Counted from the stretch's first letter, positions 25,052 to 38,400 are shown. The stretch is DNA of 64,000 nt from Yuukianura sp. NJ FZ-2021 (GCA_046563655.1 CM102285.1:5766001-5830000), one strand, 5' to 3'. Translations and numbers: made by a program. The notes: generated by a model from the letters alone, not told the origin.

Positions 25052-26408
25052 GTAGAGTAGGACGGGGGCAGTCGGATAGTTTTTTGTTTAGAATTCTGCT
25101 GTAATTAATTGGTTAAGATTTTTGAAAATTTGTTTTTGTAGCATCATATTTTATACGATTCTCTACAGAATGTCTAATTTTGCGGAATATTGAAATGTTA
25201 ATTAGTACGCTAAAAATCGTTTCTTAAAAAAAGTAGCAAACTATCCAACTGACCCCATGCACGGGGTCAGTCGGATAATAGGATGGGGTCAGTCGGATAA
25301 TTCAAATCGTAACTTAGATTTCGCTTCCATCAGTTTATTTTTGATGAAACTAAAGATCAAAATGAATTGACAAGTTATTTTTTATTGGAATAGTTTAACT
25401 TGTCTTAAGTTACCACGCTTTGAGGTCGGTTTAGAACCATTTGGTACGGAAGTAACCTTCTTAGCCTTCTTTTTGTTTTTGGTTTTGGTTTTCTTGGTGG
25501 GTTTTTGACGCAACAAACGTTCGGTTTCCTCAGTTCTGACCACGTTTAATGTTGGCGTATCAGTCAGCACGCAGGACTTTCTCTTCTTCCCTCTTTTGGA
25601 AGTTTTCCTTGGTCCGCCTTCGGATGCGGACGGATTGAACGCAAAACCTTAGGAGTTGACGAGTGATTTGCCGCGTCTGAAGTTGGTTGAAGAATGGGAA
25701 TTTGCGTACTCAATTGCAGAAACTGAAATATGTGAGTCGTGATTATCCAGGACAAGTAGGATCTTGTTGTTGGGTGAAGGGTTCGCATGCTTTTTAAAGT
25801 GCTCTAAAAATGTCACAAAATTTTCTTTTTGCATCCACCCTGAACAGTTGGAAATTCCAGTGCAACCAATAGGGCCATCAGAAATGAAGTGTTCATAGGT
25901 AATTAAGTCCGTAATTACGTTTAGATCAACACCTCGTTGCGATTTTCGGAAACGTTTTCGTATCATTGCTAGAAGCATATAAATACAAATTATCCAACTG
26001 ACCCCAAGGTTGATTATCCGACTGACCCCAACCTCTCAGTTTTAAAATATTTTAATTATCTAATTCAACTCAAGAGTAAAAATTAAAAATATTACCGTGA
26101 GCGATTCAGATTCGTTTGTGGAACATTCCTGATATTCAAATGATCAATTACAATGCCTACTTTTATTGGAATCCTCCTTCTAGTAACAAAGTTAAAATTT
26201 TACTTTTGACTTTTTTGGAGATACTTTTTTTTCATAATTAAGTTAAACAAAGCGCACACTCCTAACAAAGTTACTTTAGACTGCCGCCCCAAGCACACTC
26301 CTTAAGGAACATACTTTGAATTTACCCGATTTTTAGATTCACTGATGAGAAAGATATTAACAATTATCCGACTGACCCCACTATCCGACTGCCCCCGTTC
26401 TACTCTAC
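25052..26408 (-). mobile_element. Internally deleted pogo/Tigger-type (DDE_1) DNA transposon
   Basis: About 28-bp TIRs 'gtagagtaggacgggggcagtcggatag' (1 mismatch), with TA near both ends. Transposase fragment SGWMQKENF..FLEHF..ILLVLDNHDSH. Confidence 0.9.
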
Positions 26409-26559
26409 TCAGTTTTTTTTGTTATTTTCATTTTTTTGGTAAACAACGGAGGTAGTACGTAACCTCTTAGAGAAGACGATTTGGTAGTCAAGGTAGCTTG
26501 ATTTTTCCCTACTAACTTAGAAGTGCAAAAAAGTGCCTTTACCTGGTATTAGTTATCGC

Positions 26560-27931
26560 TTAAAGATTTAAATCCTGCGTAACTCTGGCTGGATGAAATG
26601 TTGAGTTCTTCAGTGGATTTTTGCCAAAAACCTGGAAACACAATAATTAAACTGCAATAGAGTAGGGTTAATTAGTTTAGTAAACTGGAATAAGTTATTG
26701 GAATTAGAAAGCGAAAATTATATTTATTTTGCCGTACGGTTATAAAGTAGTTGACGCAGCGACTGCGTTCTACAAAGTGGTTGGGGCGACTCGAGATTCC
26801 TGTGTGGCGTCCCCACGGATTAAATATTTTGGTTTCATCAAACACCTATTTCAATATCATAAAAAAAGTTAAAATTTATATTCTTTGAATATTCAAAAGT
26901 TCGCAAAGTACCGTTTAAATTTACCGGTACTGGCCCGTTTTCGGTAAAATTTGAAACGATAAAATTCATAGCAATGTCTTCACAGTTTACTTTTTTGTCG
27001 ATCCACTTTTTAATTTGGGTGGGTAGGTTATACGTGTACAACCAGAGGTACCGTCGATGAAGAAACGTTGAGCCTGTCAAGGTCATGGAAATTTCGGTTT
27101 CTACGGGATGCCTCTCGTACTGGAATGTTTTTGTGGTTTCGTTGAAACTAATTCCACGGTGCTTAAAGCCGACGAGACTGTCGTAATTTGCTTTCCACGC
27201 ACTCAATAATTTAAAAATTCAATAAAATTTAAAAATTGGAGAAGTTTTGGAAATTTTTACTGAAAGTAATTTATGCTTAGTATTTTGGTATGTACTTGAA
27301 TGCTGCCAGTATGTACTTGCTGTCAATAAAAACGTCATCATCGAGTGTCAGTACTGCTTCGGTATTAATCACCCGAAGTGGCAAAAATCTGTCATTGAGT
27401 GAGTCTCGACCGGTCCGAAACACACGAACTGGAAAGTTCGTTTTCGGCCGGTTCGGAACAGTTTCCGGTAGTTTAAGAAAGAATTTGGTAGGTGCAAGTT
27501 CCGCTCCCGGATTACTCCAAACGATCAAAATAGTGTCGATGGGCAACCCGGAATTAGACAAATGCTGAATCAAGTGTGATAGCATCTCTACACGCTGGAA
27601 TTTGAATGTGTACAGTAAAACTGTAAAATTTTGAGGAAATTTTTTGCTGATTGAGAGTTTTAGTGAAAGAGCGAGGTCCCATTTTTCCAAATTTTCAATG
27701 TCGTTGGGACTTAAAACAAAATCGTCCAGAATCTCTACTGACAATTCCATCATATGCGGAAGTGGTACAAACACTGACTAAATGAAAAAATAGATTAAGG
27801 TGCATTCTTTTGAGTTTTAAAAATGTCATTTTGCTTACATGATCGTTGCGCGGAGGAAACCGAAAAATGAGTGAAGCACAGACCAACATGGACAGTAGGA
27901 GTAGTACAACACAAAATCGCAGTTTCAACAT
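26560..27931 (-). CDS. Exostosin-like GT64 glycosyltransferase (EXTL2-like), multi-exon
   Basis: N-terminal signal anchor; ILIVWSN; SLNDRFLP...TEAVLTLDDD; SMTLTGSTFLHRRY; NCEDIAMNFIVS; HFVERSRCVNYF; VFGKNPL. GT-AG introns. Confidence 0.88.
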
Positions 27932-28636
27932 TATTACAAATGCCAAAGTAAAAACGGAATTTTGCTTTTAAAAATTGTTGTTTTGTATATCTGAAGTTAG
28001 TTTCTCGTTTTGTGCTTCATTTTATGTTATTGAAAACTTGTATGGTCTTGACTTAAAAACTTGAAAAAAGAGAGATTGTCACGCGTTATGAGCCGTGACA
28101 ACGCTTTCCAAATTAATAATTAACGACTGAGTAGTTCCTGATGATGTCCTCAGAACGTGCTCAAAATACTTTTCTGTTCTTACTTAACCTGTTTTGGTGG
28201 AACTTGTCAAACGGAATTATGAACTTTTCTTAAATCCACTGCAAAGTCTTCTTTGCCCGAAGCTGTAAATTGGAAATAGAATTTCAGCATTTTCTAATTA
28301 TATCGCATAGGAGCAGACACGAAAAGTAAAAAGTGTTTTTGAAAAAACAGAAGAAATGGTACTTGTTTGTGTCTTCGCTTCTAGGGGCTCTTCTGCGTTT
28401 TTCATTTTTTACCAAATTTGAAAGGAATTTGAAATGGTATGTAATGACTCATGCGGGGAACCTCCCACCTTTTGCAATAATGTACACCTCTAACAAAATT
28501 TAATAAAAAAAATTGATATGGATCTGTATTAAAGCTTTTTGTTGATTGAATTTTATTGTTCGGAGCTTCGAAGCTCCGGAAATTTAGCATTTAGTGTCTA
28601 TCTGTAGTGGCAATTGGCAAAGCAAAAGACAAAAAC

Positions 28637-29010
28637 ATGACTGTTGACAACAGCAGTAGAGTAGTTCCCATAAAGTACATTGCACAGTACATTGGGTTTT
28701 TGTCAAAGTTGAATGTTGTTCCACTTGAATTTAACACGAACGGACAACTTTACATCAACACTTAAACTTGGATATTATTGCTGTTTCTTCTTATCTTAAC
28801 GTATTGTAAAGTAACATTATTCGGTTTTGGTCTATGCTGTTACTTTCTAAACTTCATCAAGGTAAAAATTGGGGATGCAATTCTAACTTTCTTCTACTTT
28901 TTAACATACGTGATGTCAGCGGAAATACATAGCGGAATAATATTCAAACGTAGAGAGTTTGCCTACACGTTTAACCAAATCATATTCCTGCATGGTCAAA
29001 TAGAAGGTAA
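28637..29010 (+). pseudogene. Chemoreceptor-like N-terminal fragment (same family as 29837)
   Basis: 'IGFLSKLNVVPLEFN...IFKRREFAYTFNQII' parallels 'FLGSLCIVPFRFN...IFTRDEFVFGFNQ'. One in-frame stop. Confidence 0.55.
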
Positions 29011-29074
29011 TTAGTCCAACAAAGTTCAAACTAGCTAACATAAGCTAAATTTACTATTATAATTATAATTGTAT

Positions 29075-29130
29075 ATAATAAAATATGTATAATAAAATAT
29101 GTATAATAAAATATGTATAATAAAATATAT
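29075..29130. repeat. Minisatellite (TATAATAAAATATG) x about 4
   Basis: Direct reading. Confidence 0.85.
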
Positions 29131-29836
29131 ATATATGATATAGTTATAGTGTTACAAACGCGTAACGTTTCAGAGCGCTACAACGATAAGTTTAAGCTCC
29201 TATGGAAACAAATTTGCGTGGTTTGCAAAATTTCTGGGCGTTTCTACCATTTTTAACACATCGGTTTGCTTTGTATTTGAAATGACGTTTCCACGTTTCC
29301 GCGCAAACTTTTTCATCCCTGGTTTTATATGTTCCAAACTCCTTCCAATCTGATTTTTGTGTAAAATTTTTTGGAGCCATTTTAAACGCTTACACTATCT
29401 ACTTTTTCCAAACATTTGGAGTTTTTGTGGTTCTCCTCAGCATTCTTTATGTTTTGCCAATCACCAAGGCAGCTAGGCTTCTTAGGTAATGCTTTGCCTC
29501 GAAAAGCAGAATCTTAATATTTATGGTAACCTAACCTTGGTTACGTTATCCCTAGTTACATTTTTCATACACTATTTTCAACTCTAAACCAAAAAATTTT
29601 ACAAAATTGACATAGGTTCGACCGCAGGCCCTCAATCACTCTTTACCATCAATTTCAATTGGTTGACCTGAACTACAGAAATTGTTTTCCCCCGTACACT
29701 GCCCTACTATGGTTTCTATGCTGGGTTTGTCTTGGATTATCCAAGCATATTTTCTCATAACAGACAAACATGGATTCCTGGGAACACTTTTATTGGAAAT
29801 TTAAGAAATTACACATTTGAAACTTTTAAGCAAAAA

Positions 29837-32100
29837 ATGCTTAGAAGTAATAGGCCTGGTAATATGAGCAGTAAAACTCAAAATATTGCGTTTATTGCGA
29901 AATTTACAAGTTTTTTGGGCAGCCTATGCATTGTGCCGTTCAGGTTCAATAAAGCTGGCGAATTTGAGCGTACCTCAAAATTTCATCAGTCACTTTGGCT
30001 ATTTTTATATTCCATTAATCTCTTGAAATCGGTTTCCTTCGGAACGGTTTTCGTTCAATGGTACCTCAGTATCATTTCGGTGACAATTTTCGACATTAAT
30101 AGTTTCACTATACTTCGCTTCTCGCTACACTACGTCTGCATCGTGTAATGCTGCATAATAAAATGCACAATACTGTCATTGATTTTCACAAGAGACGAGT
30201 TTGTATTTGGATTGAACCAAATAGTTTTTGTAAACAATATGAATCACAGTAACAATTTTTGTCTAATTTGCATAAAAATATTGAGATACTTTTTGAACGC
30301 CAAATTTGTATTGATTTATTTTCTCCTAGTACAGTGAAGCATGTAAAAGAGTATAAAAAATTGTGGCTGAAAATATCGCATCGTTTTAAACTTTTTGCTT
30401 TGATTCTGGTCTTCATTGACAATATGGCTGCCCCGATGGGTTTGATTTTTCCTCGGAGAATTTTCGATTTTTACTACTTTGCTTCTCATTTTTTGAATAA
30501 TTTTGTCGTGATGGTTCTGTTTGCTGTAATGGAAGCGTGTCTCTTGTTTTAATTGGGTGGTATGGGAGAATTTATGATAAAACTTAGTCTTGCTTACATG
30601 TTATCCTGCATACTTACACTACAACAATTACGGTAAGTAGAGCGCAGTAGAAACAGAAAGACAATACTTAGGTTACAAGGTAGAAAGAATCTACTGCAAA
30701 TTCTGCAAACGAATGTTCTGCAGAAAGAAAACGCGTTACCGTTGGAAATTTTTAGCAGAAGGGACTGAGGTGTTTTGCATAGCATTATTATTTTGAGAAA
30801 TATTTAAATCAAAAATATTTCCTACTCGTGTGGCGTGCTGGGTACGTCAGTTCGCCCTATACAAAATGTCAAAGCGTTTTACTTTTTTTTTCGCGATACA
30901 TGCAGCAGAAGATCCTTCCTTGCAAACAGTGGAACTTGGCTACGGCTACCATAGTACGTTCCGTTTCCGTTCTTTTGAAACGGAACGGTAGGCCACAAAA
31001 CGGAAACGGTCACATAACATATTAACAAAAACGGAACAAAAAAATGGTAAAACAGTTGACTTCATAACGAAATTTCAAAAGTAAGATTTCGCGTTTTGCC
31101 TTTCAAAAGTCATCTTTTCTTTCCAATTGTGGTCAAAATAGTTAGAATGGACAATAAATCTACCGTATAATTTTCTTTTTTTTGGCGACAACGAAAACGA
31201 AACAAAAGGTACAGTTTCAAAAAATTCAAGAAACGAAAACGAAAAAATGGAACGTCCGTCGTGTCGTTTTTCGTTTCACACGGAGTAGGCGGCACCGATT
31301 ACCCCGGCAAAAAATCCAACTAAGAGTCATTTCACGCCTACTGCTCTTCATACTAAAATCAATTTGCACTAATAATATAAATATAATACAATGACAGTAC
31401 AGTATAGGACCTCTTGTGGAAACTCCTCTGATTGGGCCTTCTCATCCTACTCCTCCCATGGTCACCGTAAAACTTCTAGTAATATGTAAAACTCTTACGT
31501 AGAGTTGAGTTTTGAAAATTTCTCTTCTCGCCTTCCCTCCACTAGTTGGAAGTTGGCGGTATAAGAGGAGGGAGAAAGAGGGATAGCGTGGTTTCCACAA
31601 GAGGTCCTATACTGTAGTAATAAGTGTCTCTCCAGATCCGAAATTCGAACAAACCGGATTGAAACTTTTTACTCCGAGTCAAAAATTTCCGTTTTGACTT
31701 ACCGTCAGTTTCAACTGCTTGATCGTCGCTACCGAGATTGCTGCTCAACAGTTCCCGTTCCAACTCTGGTAGTTCTAGTGGCTTCTGCTATGGTCATGCA
31801 ACGCTATGCTCTCATAACAAAACGGTTTGGATCTCTTGGTACTGTCATCTACTGCATGTTTGGAGTGACACTTGTGTACGGAACTACAACATTGTCGGTT
31901 TAACATTCTAATGGCTGGAACGTTGAATACTGAAGGTGAGAAGTTTATTGCGACGTGGAAACGGAACGTCAAAAGTCGCAAAAAACTGCAGGTAGTAAGA
32001 AGTTTCCGACCGCTGTGTGGCAAGTTATAAGTTATAACAAGTGACACGCCGATGACATCTTCCGACTTCTTCTTGATAGCCTCATTGACCTATTATTGTC
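29837..32100 (+). pseudogene. 7TM chemoreceptor-like pseudogene, copy A (MITEs in an intron)
   Basis: Hydrophobic ORF pieces with stops and frameshifts. C-terminal '...LQVVRSFRPL' motif. Paralogous to 43615 and 63570. Confidence 0.65.
31400..31614. mobile_element. Tc1/mariner-pogo-type MITE
   Basis: Perfect 24-bp TIR CAGTATAGGACCTCTTGTGGAAAC, with TA on both sides. Confidence 0.9.
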
Positions 32101-32789
32101 AACTTTATGCATTATGCATATGGGGTATATATGGGGTACGTTATGCCTTCTCATGTATGTTATATATTAATTATTTTTTTCTACTATATATTATATAAAA
32201 AAAATATACACCGGCAATATTTATCGAACTTGGAGATACACAACTCCACTATGTTTTTGAAACTAGTGGCGTCAACTATCATTTGCAAACAATTAGATTA
32301 TGTCTCCCTAAGAAATTTTTAGTTTGAGGTTTTCAGACATAGAAAAGCAGCGCCACACTTTGACCATGATGGCAATTTCTAAAAGTTAGGTTAGCAGAAC
32401 CAAAAAAAACAGATGTAGCATAGTTAGCTTAATCGGAGGAGTTATCACAAGTAGAGCATGCTGAGTTGGGAAGAGGAGAACGTCCGAAGTCGATTGTTGT
32501 AATTTTCCGTCCAGTTTTCAGTTATTCGATTATTAATCGAATCAACTTAACATTTTCATGAAGTTAGGTTACATTTGAACCATCGAGTTAGTATCCAATC
32601 ATTGGTTTGTTCGGTAATAGTTTTAGTAGTAGGCAAAACTTCGCTGGCTATCTTTGACCTAGTGTGCATACTAAAGGTACGGATTTAAAGCTACTATACA
32701 TACCTCAATTTCCGTCGTACCTACAATAGATTCATCTGGTTACGTATCATTTTCATTCATTTTTAGAAGCATCTCTTTCAGAATCTAGA

Positions 32790-35631
32790 ATGGATCAAAC
32801 GCCAGCTCGCCGTGCCCCAAGGTCTCAACACCGACGTCAGACTTCCATCTCTAACAAAAGCACTCACAGTGGTGTCAACAATAACGTCGATGCTACCAAT
32901 AAGACTACCACTCCAGCCATGTCTCCGGAAGTTCTGGCAGTCGACGTTTCAACTCCAGCCAAACGTAAGGTGTGTCCGCAAACTTCATCAGCCACAAAAT
33001 CGCCATTAATGCCCTTGCCAAATGGCAAAAAACGGAAAGTACAAAGAAAACCTGAACAGAGCCTACCACCCAGGGAGCCTGAAGGTGAGTAAAACTGAGT
33101 AAAACTAACACTACTAAAAGAGTGATACAATATCAAGGATTGCAATTCATGATCCCGATCCTAACTAATTTGAGGATGCTGAACATGAATATGAGAAATA
33201 ATTCCGCGGTAACCATATTTTCAAATTTTTACAAAATTTTGAAAAAAAAAAAATTTTTTTTGTGGATGTTTCGGTCTCTGATTTGCATGAAAAGCGTATA
33301 CAAGCTCAGTAATCTATCTTAAGCTACAAATGGAATCACTGTTGCGAACTTTTGTAACAACGCGCCTTAGGCGCGGGAAATCGAAAGTCATTTCAATTTC
33401 AATGAAAGTTATTTGAGGATTCCGGCTAAACCCGGTTGCAGATACGAATTCAGCACCCTACAATTCGGAAAATAAATTTGATGCAAATCAGGGAACACAA
33501 AGATGAATTTATTTTTTCAAAAATTTCAAAAAGTACGAAAAACTGGTTTCTGCTGAAAATTTGAGTGTTCAGCACCATCAAATTAGTCTAGAAAAACGAT
33601 ATGCAAATCCGGGTTTCCCAGGAATTATGCATTTTTACCCGATCCTAATTAAAATGATATGAAGCGCCGTGCCCGCTCCCAACTGCCGAGGATCGGGTGC
33701 CTCGAAATCGGGAGTGCTTAGTGTTTTCCGATCATTTGACTATCCAATTCCCCGCTCATAATGTTAATAGCACTGGAGCGGGAACTGTGGTGTAAGCCAA
33801 TAGATCGGGAGCGAGCCAAACTCTGTCATAGTAACCTTGTATTTGTAATTTGAAAATTCTGAACAATAATCTTGTTATCCATAAAATCCAGAGCAGCAAA
33901 CAACAACCACACCATCATGCAGTTCAAATTCAACTGAAAATGGATTAACCCCATCTCAACTAAACCAGAAATTTGTTGATCATTTAGCCAACGGCGGTGA
34001 TGATTATAATACTGTAAAGAACTTCTGGTTCCGAATCCAGCCTAATACTCAGGCTATTACTGAAACAACAGGAAACAAGGCTAAACAGATTAAACCTTGG
34101 GACATTTCTGCGTTTATAGCAGTAATATATTGCTTTAACTTAACCTTGTTTAACACAAAACATCACAAAGCCCTGGATAAGTACAGTATAACATCTATTT
34201 TAGGAATATGGACCAAAGATGAAGGAGATAGTAATAACTGCATATGAACAATACCAAATTGGCTACGTCCTGCTGCAACGTGGTAACTACAAAGACGTCT
34301 TGCGCAGGAATTGGTTTAAAGGATGCAAAGAACCGGTGTTGATGAAAAAGGAAAGCAACGAGAAATTTTTGGTGGAACCAGCTACTGACAGTAATGTTGT
34401 CAAGCGTGTGTTTCGGGAAACTGAGAAAACTTATCGGAACGACCCCGGGAAAGATGTTGAAATCCGAAGCACTCCAACGGTAAAAAATAAGTTTGTATAA
34501 AAAGATCTTTATGATGTGGAATTAATAGTTGTTGACAGTTACACTTAGTCGTCCTACTACTCGTTCTATTTTTAAATTCTCATAGTTTTTGAATTTAAGA
34601 AATTTATTTTTTTTAAATCTGTTTCTAGGACATTTTGATAAAACAATCATTCAACATGGACACTCCCCACGATGCTTTAGGTCACATTGAGAATGTGAGA
34701 CCATCGTTATTCTTGTCAGCCTCAGGGTTGGAAGATTACGTCACATCTAAATATGACACCGATATACCAAAGTTTGATAAAAACACTTTTAAAATTGAAT
34801 TTATGGGACGAGACTTTTTGACAAAATTTGCTCTGTTCATCTGTGGAAAAGCTGGATGTGGGAAATCCGCCTACGCAGCAGCACATTTCGAAAACCCTTT
34901 GATTCTCTCTGGTCCAGAGCAGGTTTGAAACAAAAAATATGAATATATAAAAATATAATAATTTGTATATCAAGGTTCCTTAACAACAAGAAGTTAACTT
35001 TCTTTAACAAGTTAGGCACTACATCGGTTATTGAAAAAAAAACTAAAAAAAAAACAAACATTAGTACCAATTTAATACCAATCCAAAAAACTGGTACCAA
35101 TTCGTATGCAAAATTTAAAAAATTGACTGTGTTGTTATGACTACAGACTTTTTCTTTTGCAAAATAAAAAAAAACACCAAGTATATTACCCAACCTGTGA
35201 AAGAAAATGAAAGGTCAACAAACCTTGCTGTATATGAAAATATAGCAATTTGAATTTATTATATCGCCAACAATGACAATTTCAAAGATACCTTAAATAT
35301 TTTCTATATTTTATTCCAGTTTACTAAAAGACGCTATAATCCACGCAAACACGACGGAGTAGTTTTCGAAGAAATTGACTTGAGCGTACTAAACAGCGAA
35401 GACGTCCTGCACTTGGTTGATGTCCAACAACAAAACTCTGTCCGAGTTCGTTATGGCAACGTCACTTTACCACGATTCTTGCCAAGGATTTTCACAACGA
35501 ACAAAAAGATGAAAGCTCTAATTCCAGAATTTCCTCGGTTGTATAAAAAGAAAGGATGGTGTAAAGAACAAATTGCAGCATTCCACAGAAGGATCGGAAT
35601 TGTACATTTCATAAAAAAAAAATATTTATGA
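32790..35631 (+). CDS. Intron-containing CRESS-DNA-virus Rep-like gene (SF3 helicase)
   Basis: Exons 32790-33084, 33892-34121, 34204-34478, 34629-34922 and 35320-35631 splice GT-AG in one frame. Walker A GKAGCGKS, Walker B-like HDGVVFEEI, B' 'VRVRYGNVTLP', motif C RIFTTN, Arg finger AFHRR. Confidence 0.8.
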
Positions 35632-35773
35632 ACTATAAAATTTTATAATGCAATTCTCTTTTTCTTTCAAACAGATGTCTGCCTTTGAGATAGATAAGTT
35701 GTATCATGAACCAGCAGACAAAAGTGTTGAAAAATTTACTCAGCTCGGTGTGGAGTCAACCGTCGACTGGCAG

Positions 35774-35948
35774 CGTAGCAGGTGAAATGATCAGAAATAT
35801 TTGGTCAGAAGTGAAATGATCAGAAGTGAAAAGGTCAGAATTCAAAAGATCTCAGGTTAGGTTTCGTTACGTTCCTTCCTTTTCTGACCTTTTTTTTCTG
35901 ATCATTTCACTTTTGATCTTTTCACTTTCTGACCAAATCACATGGAAC
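35774..35948. mobile_element. Small foldback MITE with 9-10-bp TSD
   Basis: Arms of tandem 'atgatcagaagtgaa' units in inverted orientation. CGACTGGCAG flanks both sides (35764-35773, 35949-35958). Confidence 0.7.
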
Positions 35949-37649
35949 CGACTGGCAGAACCAAGCAACATGGAGTGTGAATATTGAGAATGGAATCAAT
36001 GGAGAACTGATTGTGAAACCAGGGCATACGGTAACTCACTAAATGAAATACTTTTTTTTAAATAGTAATGAACTTGGAATTGTAGTAATTCGGAATATAG
36101 TAACGCATCACTTATACCAATACGTATGTGTAATACACTAAATCTTAGTTAGGCAATCCTTATACTCTTTTATTGTTCGAACTTGTGTCAATGTAGGGTG
36201 AAATAATGTTCCGAGGGAACTTGTATACAACTATAACCATAATTGCCTTACTCTCTTTTTTTTTTGGATCATCATACATTGTATATATCATATATATCAT
36301 ATATATTTATCATATATAGTTATCATATAAAATTAACATTTTATTCTCGGCTATAAGTATTAGACGTGCAATAGATTTAACACTTAAACCCTACATCTGA
36401 TCCGCAAAAGTTAATTTCGTACAATACTTCAGCTATATTTTGTTACTCTGTGGAACGAAATTGACCAAATAAATGTGCCAATCAAAAGTGTTAAATTGGT
36501 GAGTGTTTCCAAATCCAAACTGAAAATGGAATTTCAGGATTTCTCTTTATATTACGTAGTTCCAATCACCAAAGCCGTATGACAGTTAAAAGACTTATTT
36601 ATTATTAGTACATAATAAGTGAAGTAGTATTCAAATGCTACACTAGCACCAACATAATGTAAACAGAGTTCTACGTGTCTGTATCATTACTGGTGGAAAT
36701 TTTTATGTTTGAAGTGTGGCACTACTCACCAGTTGGAGTAGCTCCGCTTGCGGTCCTGCGGAAGCTCGGGATTTAAAAAGTTTGCAGCCGCTCAGAATTT
36801 ATGTTTGTCAACTGTTCTTCTTCAGAAAGGCCACGCCGGTGGTCTACTTTCAGCTTCTGTTTGATTGTCTCATCAACATGTTATTGTCCACATAGATTCT
36901 GGCACTGGCCATTTCAAAATGAACCCGGATGTCAATTACTGATATGCATCAGCGGAAAGTGTGCTAATTATTTAACCTACCAATTTTCCGCGTTGTAATT
37001 ATAATGCAGTGTTAATTAATGAGTTTTCAAATTTTAAAAAGTTCCTTTAATGCTTATCACCTTGGTACCATAATTAGTTAAAAGGAATCGTAATTAAACA
37101 AAAACGTAATTTTTATTTTGCCCACTCGAAAAACTTTTCAACTTACTCTCCTGGTACCGCTCTGAAAAAGCAAAGGTGTGACGATGTGAAAAGTTCTCGA
37201 GACAAAATCAAAAGTTTTTACAAAAATTTTTGTAAACTTTTCAAGTATGAAGTCCTTTCTAAGTTTATTCTCATTTTTGCTTGCGTCAGAAGCGGAGTCT
37301 AAAAGGAATATTACTGTAAGTACATAAAACTTGGATACGGGAGATTTTAAAATATAATATTTTAATTTAACTTTACTATATAATATATAATTATTTATAA
37401 GTGGAAGAATTCAATGCATATTTATATCGACTTATATAGTTACTTGTAAATTGCTTGTAAATGCAAACCTTCAAACCTTTGTTGTTTAAATATTTTAAGT
37501 GTAATCGAAACCAAACGTTTTCGCCGTGCCAGAAGTCCGATGTTACAGTGAGCTTTTGGTAGCATGCAGCACAACCTCCCAATAAGTCGAGCTTACGTGT
37601 TCGCTGAATTTCACGATAACATTTGCCAACAAATTTTTGGCCACGAAGG

Positions 37650-38400
37650 CAAGCCTAGACCTCTGTACTGGTCTGCTAGAAAATAGTACCGAGGCTTATA
37701 GACGGCGTCCTTGATAATAGCGAACTTTATCTTTTGAGCGTAAAAAACTATCCAAATCCGTAAGGCACAAGCTCACTGAAGTTGCAAGCAAATACGAAGC
37801 TGACTGCGTCATACTGTTATGCTACGGCAAATAATTTGCCTAACGCGAAAACCCTTAAACTGTATAGCGCATTATGATACGTTAGTGTTTGACTTTTGAG
37901 TTTTGTACGAAATCGGTCCAAATATTTGGGAATCACACTTCAGTGACATGATCCTCTCCAAATTGGACACAACTTTTATTTGGGTCGTTTTTTATTTACG
38001 ACATTTTTTTTCGACATTTTTGGAAATTTCTTTACTTTGTACGAAATCGGTCCAAATATTTGGGAATCACACTTCAGGGAAATGATTCGTTCCACATTGG
38101 CTACACTTGCAATGTGTAATTGGGAAAAGGACCCTCTGCTGACAGCCGTACTCAAAGTCGTATCAATTGCTAACTCCTCCAGAAGACTGATGCTCAACCC
38201 CTGAGCATCGTCCTACCTTATCTGTCTACGGGATTTCGGCCAATGCCTCTCTTTATAAGTCTGCCAGAAAATAGTAACGAGAATTAGACCGCGTCATTGA
38301 TAACAGAGTACGTTTTTAATTGAGCGTAAAAAATATCAACAACTGTAAGAACTGTAAAGTGAGAGGTCACTTAAGATGCAAACGCATAGGAAGTAGACGG
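37650..38400. repeat. Local duplications
   Basis: About 40-bp identical block 'ttgtacgaaatcggtccaaatatttgggaatcacacttcag' at about 37903 and 38036. Diverged repeat about 37660-37810 versus 38250-38400. Confidence 0.75.

Noticed and set aside
33907..33925. 'PHHHAV', resembling HUH motif II, near the Rep-like gene
   Set aside because: It lies in a different frame with nearby stops. The spliced open frame reads TTPSCSS here, so the match is treated as coincidence.
35780..35945. Short regularly spaced repeats (also at about 25240-25300 and 61760-61900), superficially CRISPR-like
   Set aside because: No unique spacers, no cas genes, eukaryotic context. These are subterminal repeats of TIR elements.
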